This document shows positions 58,075 through 64,000 of a DNA stretch of 64,000 nucleotides, in pieces. The position numbers and the translations under genes are program-made. Source of the stretch: a virus (taxonomy: Duplodnaviria > Caudoviricetes); the IMG/VR virus record IMGVR_UViG_3300043803_000445, positions 498-64,497 of that record; one strand, given 5' to 3'. Under the pieces are notes generated by a model that searched no databases, was not told the origin of the DNA, and worked only from the letters and a program-made list of their open reading frames with translations. Every line of letters starts with the position of its first letter. Position 1 is the first letter of the stretch.

Positions 58075-58386
58075 TTAAATGCTTTCATTGTTCTTTCTCA
58101 CTCGTTCAAGAAATGCAGTTGCTTGTTCATCCAATCGTGCAATCAAATCTTCAATATCACTAATTTCAATCTCATTATACTCACGATTGAGGTTCTCACA
58201 ACGAAGTGCGTCAATTGCGGACTGTAGGGTGATGATTTGCATATGTTCCATCGTTATAGGCATACCTTGAGGCATACCAGAGGTTTCAAGATTATAAAAG
58301 TCATTATATCGTTGAATAACACGATTACTTTTTTCCCTCCTCTCTGCCTCTTCAAAAAATTCGTCAGGATAAGGTTCGCAGTCCAT
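58075..58386 (-). CDS. Hypothetical protein
   Basis: 103-aa ORF behind a promoter cassette. Confidence 0.6.
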   Translation of the reverse strand: MDCEPYPDEFFEEAERREKSNRVIQRYNDFYNLETSGMPQGMPITMEHMQIITLQSAIDALRCENLNREYNEIEISDIEDLIARLDEQATAFLERVRKNNESI

Positions 58387-58467
58387 AATGGTTCTTTTGA
58401 TTTCCCTTATTATACAACAAAAAAGGTGCCCTGTAAAGGCACCTTGTTCCAGTTCGTCAAGTGTCTT

Positions 58468-59256
58468 TTATGATACTCTAACTCTTTGAGAAGTGTCTAT
58501 ACCCTTATGTTTTTGGTATCTTGAAAGTCCTCCTGGTGTAGAAATATGACCTGTTTCTAAACACATCCATCTTTGAGAACTTGTAGATTTTCCTCCAATT
58601 TTTCCAGATTTTTTACCAATTTCACTTCTCTGTTCTTTGGATAATCCACAAATACCAACACCCAATTCTTTTGTTTTATTTCCTCCAATTTTTCCTCCAA
58701 CTTTACCTGCTTTACTCCTTACTTTTTGCTGTTCTTCTTCCGTCATAGCAAAAAATCCCAACCCAAGTTCTTTATTTTTCAATCCACCTTTACTTCTTTG
58801 CTCATTTGTTAGAGTAAATAAACCAGTTTTAGTTTTTCTATGCTTTTCAATCATTTTTTTAGAATTTTCACTTAATTGTTCTTTTGTAAGTGAATGAAAT
58901 CCCAAACCAAATTCTTTTGCTTTTTCTCCACCAATTTTGCCGTTTAGAACTCTTTGTTCTGGTGGTGTAACATAATAAAACTTTGTAGAAGTTTGATAAG
59001 ACTTATTCGCAAAATGAGGATTTTCAACTACCTTATAATGTTCTTGTAAAATAATCTCATCAGCATATGCTTCTTCTCGTGTAGCATAAGTTTTTAAAAT
59101 TATTTTTTGTGTTGGTTTAAAACTTTTATCCTTAAAGGAACCAAAATACTTTACATCTTCTTCTGGAAGACATCTACAAGTTCTACTACCAAAATATCCT
59201 CTACCATATTCCTCATAAGAATAATAGACATAGTGATACTCTCTTGGAGTTTCCAT
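58468..59256 (-). CDS. Seg-like (GIY-YIG variant) homing endonuclease with GKxGG repeats
   Basis: HYVYYS...GYFGSR...YFGS...E...N catalytic-like domain; repeated G.F.LT.EQ/GK.GG units; C-term QRWMCLETG. Confidence 0.72.
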   Translation of the reverse strand: METPREYHYVYYSYEEYGRGYFGSRTCRCLPEEDVKYFGSFKDKSFKPTQKIILKTYATREEAYADEIILQEHYKVVENPHFANKSYQTSTKFYYVTPPEQRVLNGKIGGEKAKEFGLGFHSLTKEQLSENSKKMIEKHRKTKTGLFTLTNEQRSKGGLKNKELGLGFFAMTEEEQQKVRSKAGKVGGKIGGNKTKELGVGICGLSKEQRSEIGKKSGKIGGKSTSSQRWMCLETGHISTPGGLSRYQKHKGIDTSQRVRVS

Positions 59257-59361
59257 AGTTCTGCTTTATGTTGTGCCGCAATAGTATTTATACAAGAAAG
59301 GGTGCCCGAAGACACCCAATCTCTGCTATGGTTGCGACACACATAAGCATCTTTATTTATC
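59257..59361 (-). ncRNA. Dual late promoter / antisense sRNA module, copy 2
   Basis: ATAAATA 59354-59360; arm 59332-59349; C(UUCG)G terminator 59300-59317; TATAAATA 59285-59292; complementary leader 59262-59281. Confidence 0.62.
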
Positions 59362-59508
59362 AGTATCCTCTTTCTTTTGCTTTTCAATAAGTTCTTTCAG
59401 TTTCTCTCTACCATAATCCGTCAATTCCTTTTTAGCATTTCTCAAATTCTCAATTTCACTTTGAGAAAGAAAGAAAGCATCAGGAAGATGCCCGTATTCT
59501 TCACTCAT
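59353..59508 (-). CDS. Small protein (51 aa)
   Basis: Not in ORF track; MSEEYGHLPDAFFLSQSEIENLRNAKKEL... Confidence 0.5.
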   Translation of the reverse strand: MSEEYGHLPDAFFLSQSEIENLRNAKKELTDYGREKLKELIEKQKKEDTDK

Positions 59509-59705
59509 CTCAAATCTCTCTCTAAAATATCAATACAATCTGCCCATCCACTGAAATAGTCAAAATCGTATTTGTTGTTGTCTTCTTTATGATAGTTTTT
59601 CAACCATTCCTTCACAACATTCACAATCTCATTTGCGATTACATCACCAGATTGAACGGCATCGTGAGTATAATACCATTCCGTAAGTCGTTCGTGAAGT
59701 TTCAT
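59505..59705 (-). CDS. Hypothetical protein
   Basis: Resembles the C-terminal domain of the adjacent 244-aa protein. Confidence 0.55.
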   Translation of the reverse strand: MKLHERLTEWYYTHDAVQSGDVIANEIVNVVKEWLKNYHKEDNNKYDFDYFSGWADCIDILERDLR

Positions 59706-60436
59706 CGCAACATCTCCTTGATTTTACGCAAACAATCATTAAATCCATCCACAAGCAATTCAGTATCTACATTTTGACTTCCTGCTGCTGATTGTTCTTT
59801 CGGCAACCATCTCTCCACCAAATCTACAAACTCATCACAACAATTAAAAGAATATCCAAGTTCATCTCTTACCATATTGTAGAGTTTTTGAGATTTATGT
59901 TTCTCCACCAACCTATTCACAACCTCATCGGTAATGTATGAAGCAGGATTATCTTTCTTATCCCAATATGCTCTCACATTTTTATAAGGTTCTGTTGTCG
60001 TTACATCATCATACTTTCCCTTCTTCACATCGTTGAACCACACACCTTCAAGAAGACGACGAGTTTCACCATCCATAATAACAGCAAGCATCATACCATC
60101 AACAGTATGCTTTTTCTTAAACCAATTATGACTTTCATCATTAAATTGAAGACGAAGATATTCTTCATCATTATAAGAGACAATCTCAAACTTTCCACCA
60201 TAATCAAAAGTCATTTTGGGTTGAGATTTATGTGTTTCAATCTCTTTGAGGAGTTCAAGTTTCTTTTGAAGCACTTTGATTTCTGCTTCTGTTTTTTCAA
60301 TATCGGTGTTAAAAGTCATTTGTTTAAGATAAGGAGTAGCATCCATCACACCATCTTTGATTGCTTGTCTAAAAGCATTACGCAATCCTTCATCAACTTC
60401 TTCGTTTGTCTGTGGTTTTGGTTGAAATTCAGTCAT
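59702..60436 (-). CDS. Modular hypothetical protein
   Basis: 244 aa; coiled coil plus C-term WLPKEQSAAGSQN...GFNDCL. Confidence 0.65.
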   Translation of the reverse strand: MTEFQPKPQTNEEVDEGLRNAFRQAIKDGVMDATPYLKQMTFNTDIEKTEAEIKVLQKKLELLKEIETHKSQPKMTFDYGGKFEIVSYNDEEYLRLQFNDESHNWFKKKHTVDGMMLAVIMDGETRRLLEGVWFNDVKKGKYDDVTTTEPYKNVRAYWDKKDNPASYITDEVVNRLVEKHKSQKLYNMVRDELGYSFNCCDEFVDLVERWLPKEQSAAGSQNVDTELLVDGFNDCLRKIKEMLR

Positions 60437-60671
60437 TGTTCGTCAGTCCTACTTCAAGTCCTTCCATTCTTCCCATATTATAACCCATAACAAACGCAGA
60501 ATGCAACCACTTATACATCAAATCCTGACGGGTCTTCACATCACCAATTTCCGCATCACCATAGAACCACTCGGATCGTAAGGAAAAACCACCATCAAGG
60601 TCGTGAAACCACTCTACAAATTTGTCTTCAATTGTATCATCAAAGTCCCAATCGTTTGTAGGATGAGTCAT
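60429..60671 (-). CDS. Hypothetical protein
   Basis: FSLRSEWFYGD...WLHSAF; start MTHPTN. Confidence 0.6.
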   Translation of the reverse strand: MTHPTNDWDFDDTIEDKFVEWFHDLDGGFSLRSEWFYGDAEIGDVKTRQDLMYKWLHSAFVMGYNMGRMEGLEVGLTNND

Positions 60672-60856
60672 AAGTCCAAAGGTTGCTGTCGGTTGGCACT
60701 CCAAGGTTTGGTAAAAACTAACCATTTTTCAATATTAGGAGACATTTCAGCAGAGTAATGAATCCCATTTTCACTGATTGCGTCCAAAAAATGAACACCA
60801 GTCTTGGGGCAGATGACTCTGGATACTTGTGTGAATTTTACTCGTTCAGTCATCAT
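60668..60856 (-). CDS. Hypothetical protein
   Basis: RVICPKTGVHFLDAI. Confidence 0.55.
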   Translation of the reverse strand: MMTERVKFTQVSRVICPKTGVHFLDAISENGIHYSAEMSPNIEKWLVFTKPWSANRQQPLDL

Positions 60857-61061
60857 CAGAACTCCAAGTATTCATTTTGGTGCTTACATTACTACTTTCC
60901 CAACCTTCATCGTATCCTACTTTGAAACCTTCTGTGTAGATTAATGCAGAAAATTTCAAGAGTTGTTTTTTGGTTGATGTAATATTATCTGGAAATTCAT
61001 CAAACCCACAGGTTTTAGCAAGTTTTAGGATTTGTTCGTCAGTTGGTTCAGTCATAATCAA
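60846..61061 (-). CDS. Hypothetical protein
   Basis: PTDEQILKLA motif. Confidence 0.55.
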   Translation of the reverse strand: MIMTEPTDEQILKLAKTCGFDEFPDNITSTKKQLLKFSALIYTEGFKVGYDEGWESSNVSTKMNTWSSDDD

Positions 61062-61291
61062 TAATCAACTCCTTCTACTCTATTATCCCAATTTGGTCTC
61101 ATTACACCTTTTTTATCCCAATGTGCTCTCACATCTTTAAACCTAAACTTATAAAGTCGTTGAACAGCACCATTGCGATTTATGATTTCGTTTTCCAACT
61201 GACGAATGTAGATATAAACTGGGTCGGGCACTTCAAAGTTTTGAAGGTCTTTATAGGGCATATTGTAACACGAAATGTAGGATTTAGTCAT
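61058..61291 (-). CDS. Hypothetical protein
   Basis: VPDPVYIYIRQLE. Confidence 0.55.
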   Translation of the reverse strand: MTKSYISCYNMPYKDLQNFEVPDPVYIYIRQLENEIINRNGAVQRLYKFRFKDVRAHWDKKGVMRPNWDNRVEGVDY

Positions 61292-61292
61292 T

Positions 61293-61511
61293 TCACTTCA
61301 CCTCATTATAAAATACAGGAACTTCACCACAAATAGAATTTGCTGAATGACCTACGGTATAAGATTTCCTACATTCTATCACAATCTCATAAGATTTCAA
61401 GAACATCTCCCTGTCCTTTTGAGTATTGTAAGTGTTTAGTAGTTCCATAGAAAGGAAATAACCAGTGACGATGAGAAGTGGAATGATGAGAGTAAAGATA
61501 AAGAGTTTCAT
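61293..61511 (-). CDS. Membrane-anchored small protein
   Basis: N-terminal hydrophobic helix, two Cys. Confidence 0.55.
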   Translation of the reverse strand: MKLFIFTLIIPLLIVTGYFLSMELLNTYNTQKDREMFLKSYEIVIECRKSYTVGHSANSICGEVPVFYNEVK

Positions 61512-61804
61512 AGTTTTTCCAGTTCCTCACACAATTCTAACACATCAGCACACATAATCACACCAGGACTTTGTTGGAGTTGGTTGATTGTCTCACGAAG
61601 AACAGAAGCAATAATTTTTCTACTATCATTATCCAAATAAGTAGAAAAGTTCTCCACAGGGGTCATTAGTGCTTCTGAATATCCGTTGATGTAAGTATTC
61701 CAGATTTTTTGTGCTCTTTCAGTCATATTAGTAATTTTAGTTTTTTTGAGAGGACCATAAACTTGTTCCATTAGATTTTGAAAATCCTTTTCAATACCAA
61801 ACAT
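61508..61804 (-). CDS. MTERAQ-family small protein
   Basis: Paralog of the adjacent ORFs. Confidence 0.6.
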   Translation of the reverse strand: MFGIEKDFQNLMEQVYGPLKKTKITNMTERAQKIWNTYINGYSEALMTPVENFSTYLDNDSRKIIASVLRETINQLQQSPGVIMCADVLELCEELEKL

Positions 61805-62031
61805 TAGAGTGCCTCCAATTCATCAGCAAGGTCATAAAGCAAACGAGCATCAACTACCATATCTTCTACACTTTCATCTTTACAACACTGATAGTATTGA
61901 AACTCATTCACAATAGCACGAATAGCAGCAGCAACACCATCATTGTTAAGTTTTTGAACAATGAAATCTTGTCTTTTATCTACGAAAGTAAGGTAAAATG
62001 CTTCCATAATCCTTTGTGCTCGTTCAGTCAT
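61804..62031 (-). CDS. MTERAQ-family small protein
   Basis: Paralog; ends LADELEAL. Confidence 0.6.
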   Translation of the reverse strand: MTERAQRIMEAFYLTFVDKRQDFIVQKLNNDGVAAAIRAIVNEFQYYQCCKDESVEDMVVDARLLYDLADELEAL

Positions 62032-62234
62032 AGTGCCTCCACATCATCAGCAATCTCATTCAGTTCATCAGCAATATGAAGATGCCAAGGTTCATTTTCA
62101 AGAACTCCATCTCTATGAATGATAGAAGAAATCACACGAATAGAAGATGCTAATGCTTCTTTCATATCATCTGTTGCTGGTTGTGTAAGTTCTGCTTTGA
62201 ATGTTTCCCAGATTTGATATGCGGTGTTATTCAT
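62028..62234 (-). CDS. MTERAQ-family small protein
   Basis: Paralog; ends IADDVEAL. Confidence 0.6.
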   Translation of the reverse strand: MNNTAYQIWETFKAELTQPATDDMKEALASSIRVISSIIHRDGVLENEPWHLHIADELNEIADDVEAL

Positions 62235-62268
62235 AAGTCCTTTGTGTATGAGGTCATTATACGACAAA

Positions 62269-62313
62269 GGACACCTGTTTTCAAGTGTCCTTATGCCAGT
62301 TCGTCAAGTGTCC
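62269..62313 (-). promoter_or_regulatory. Tandem pair of early promoter palindromes
   Basis: GGACAC...AGTGTCC (62269-62290) and TGCCAGT-N6-AGTGTCC (62294-62313). Confidence 0.65.
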
Positions 62314-62997
62314 TTATGATATTCGTTTTCTTTTGGAAGTATCTATTCCTCTTGCTTTTTGATAACGAGTAAGTGGTCCAGAAGTAGATACATAACCAGT
62401 TTCAAGACACATCCATCTTTGTGAGTTGGTCTTTTCAACAACTTTTAACCTTTCTTCTAATGTTAATGAAAAGCACCCAGTTTTATTCTGAAAATGGTTT
62501 TTTCCAGATATACTTCCACCTATTTTACCATTTTCAGTCATTTGTTTTTTAGTTCTTCCGTGAACTCCAAGTTTTAATTGATATATTATTTTTCCTCCCT
62601 TTTTACCATCTTCACTCATTTTTTCTGGACTTCTACCACATACTCCTGTTTTATTTTGTTTGGATTTTAAACCAACCTTTTTACCAGTTTCTCTATTAAT
62701 GTTTAAAGAAACAATACCACCACAACTTTCATTCAAGCACCATTTGTCTATATTATAAAATGGTCTAATCAATCTTGTTTCAATTTCTTGTGCTTCAATC
62801 CACCCTTCATCTGTGTAAGGAAAAACTTGAAGTATTTGTTTCTTTGGAGTATAAAGTTCCCAGCACCACTTATGAGTTATAGGTGTTCCCCAATATTCTT
62901 GATTGAAGTATTTTTCTCTTTTTACTCCATAGTAATAATAAGGAACTTCTTCAAAAGTAATTTTGTATATGTAAATTCTTGGACTATGTTTAGTCAT
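62314..62997 (-). CDS. Seg-like GIY-YIG homing endonuclease with GKxGG repeats
   Basis: IYIYKITF....YYYGV...YWG...E...N; GKKGG repeats; C-term QRWMCLETG shared with 58468-59256. Confidence 0.75.
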   Translation of the reverse strand: MTKHSPRIYIYKITFEEVPYYYYGVKREKYFNQEYWGTPITHKWCWELYTPKKQILQVFPYTDEGWIEAQEIETRLIRPFYNIDKWCLNESCGGIVSLNINRETGKKVGLKSKQNKTGVCGRSPEKMSEDGKKGGKIIYQLKLGVHGRTKKQMTENGKIGGSISGKNHFQNKTGCFSLTLEERLKVVEKTNSQRWMCLETGYVSTSGPLTRYQKARGIDTSKRKRIS

Positions 62998-63104
62998 CGT
63001 TATTCTACAGAAACCGCATTACTATTTATAATAGAAAAGGTGCCCATAAGAGCACCTAATCTGTCCGTAGAGAATTGCGGTTCCTATAGACATTTTTATT
63101 TATA
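62998..63104 (-). ncRNA. Dual late promoter / antisense sRNA module, copy 3
   Basis: TATAAATA 63097-63104; arm 63076-63090; terminator 63038-63057; TATAAATA 63023-63030; complementary leader 63004-63018. Confidence 0.62.
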
Positions 63105-63324
63105 GCAGTTCAAGTTCATCAATAATACCATCAATCTCTTTGAGACATTCATCCCATCCAGCATTAAACATCACATTTAGTTCATCCTTAAAATCAACAG
63201 GATTTTGCCCTGATAGTTGCTTACGAAGATGTTGAAGAACCTCTTGAAGCATCCAAGCAGTATTGTGTGCTTCACTTTTACAAATAACTTTTAGGAGTTC
63301 TTCTGCTCTTTCTTGGTTAGTCAT
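63100..63324 (-). CDS. Hypothetical protein (distant MTERAQ family)
   Basis: MTNQERAEE...IIDELELL. Confidence 0.55.
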   Translation of the reverse strand: MTNQERAEELLKVICKSEAHNTAWMLQEVLQHLRKQLSGQNPVDFKDELNVMFNAGWDECLKEIDGIIDELELL

Positions 63325-63444
63325 AATACTGCTGCGATTACTGCTGGTAGAGTGTTTGTGGTTTTGTCTGTTGGTTCTTGTGATTTTTTCTCTTTGTATT
63401 CTTCAAGTGCTTTGAGAAAGATTTCCTCTTCTCTTTGAAGGTCG

Positions 63445-63591
63445 TCAGGCATTTTCTTTTACCTCTGGTTCTGGTGTTCCCCAACGATTTAGTGCCTCAC
63501 GGATAGTATTTCTAACTTCGGGATAAAGATTGTAATAACCTCCAATCTCATCCCAGAGTTCATCAAGTTGTTCGTCAGTTGGGTTAGACAT
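63445..63591 (-). CDS. Small protein (48 aa)
   Basis: Not in ORF track; MSNPTDEQLDELW...EALNRWG; GGAGG RBS. Confidence 0.5.
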   Translation of the reverse strand: MSNPTDEQLDELWDEIGGYYNLYPEVRNTIREALNRWGTPEPEVKENA

Positions 63592-63592
63592 T

Positions 63593-63805
63593 TCAGTTGT
63601 CCTCCGTCAAACGAATGTAAAGTTCAAGTTCTCCTCTCATATCATAAAAATACGATTTTCCCCTATCAAGAATAAAAGTATCATAATCTTCTTGTGTGGG
63701 TTCCTCTTCCATTTCCATATCCTTCCAAACTTCCAAGAAATCTTCAACGGACATATGATATTCCAGAGGAATGTATGCGACTTTGGGAATGATTGAGTTA
63801 GTCAT
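63593..63805 (-). CDS. Hypothetical acidic protein
   Basis: First gene after the cassette at 63828-63884. Confidence 0.6.
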   Translation of the reverse strand: MTNSIIPKVAYIPLEYHMSVEDFLEVWKDMEMEEEPTQEDYDTFILDRGKSYFYDMRGELELYIRLTEDN

Positions 63806-63827
63806 TTGGTTGGTTGCTTATGAGAGT

Positions 63828-63884
63828 ATTATAGGGCACTCACAGGGTCTGTGATGAGGTCTTATGCCAGTTTAGAAAGTGTCC
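63828..63884 (-). promoter_or_regulatory. Early promoter cassette
   Basis: TGCCAGT-N6-AGTGTCC (63865-63884) and TGCCC-TATAAT. Confidence 0.75.
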
Positions 63885-64000
63885 TGATAATACATCTCCT
63901 GTTCATAACGGACATAATCACTTTGAAGATAGTTAAAGAACTCTCCGTCTTCACTTCTCATAGTATAGCACCATTCTTCAAAGATTTGCCCAATCCACCA

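Noticed and set aside
1306-63105. All plus-strand ORFs in the track (e.g. 45659-46345, 13071-13631)
   Set aside because: Antisense shadows of well-supported minus-strand genes, with no recognisable motifs
45256-63884. Palindromes as CRISPR repeats, IS ends or canonical attC sites
   Set aside because: Fixed distance to -10 boxes indicates promoter function; no transposase, integrase or GTTRRRY cores seen
1-64000. Alternative genetic code
   Set aside because: Long core genes are intact under the standard code, and TAA, TAG and TGA all terminate genes

Overview
A 64-kb segment of an AT-rich T4-like cyanomyovirus (Kyanoviridae-type, possibly freshwater). Essentially all genes are on the minus strand. 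1-39.1 kb is the late virion module: portal gp20 (partial), gp19, gp18, gp17, an NblA-like gene, an internal-head-like protein, gp16, gp15, gp14, gp13, a VrlC-like protein, gp8, a gp7-like gene apparently split by two fibre genes, gp6 and gp25, with (T/C)TAAATA late promoters. 39.2-42.7 kb holds speD, a glycosyltransferase and an HNH gene. 42.7-43.7 kb is non-coding, with seven perfect cyanobacterial DnaA boxes (TTTTCCACA), iteron-like repeats and divergent sigma70 promoters. 43.7-64 kb is a hypervariable early region of small ORFs driven by about 15 copies of a palindrome-containing promoter cassette; it also has an SF2 helicase, an ArdA-like protein, a metallophosphoesterase, tRNA-Arg(UCU) and three GIY-YIG/Seg-like endonucleases. 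The most striking unannotated signal is that each of those three endonuclease genes is preceded by the same ~105-nt architecture: late promoter, small hairpin RNA, terminator, second late promoter, then a 5'UTR complementary to that small RNA. The sequence differs between copies while the pairing is kept, suggesting a cognate antisense-sRNA control system. All calls come from reading the sequence; no database searches were run.
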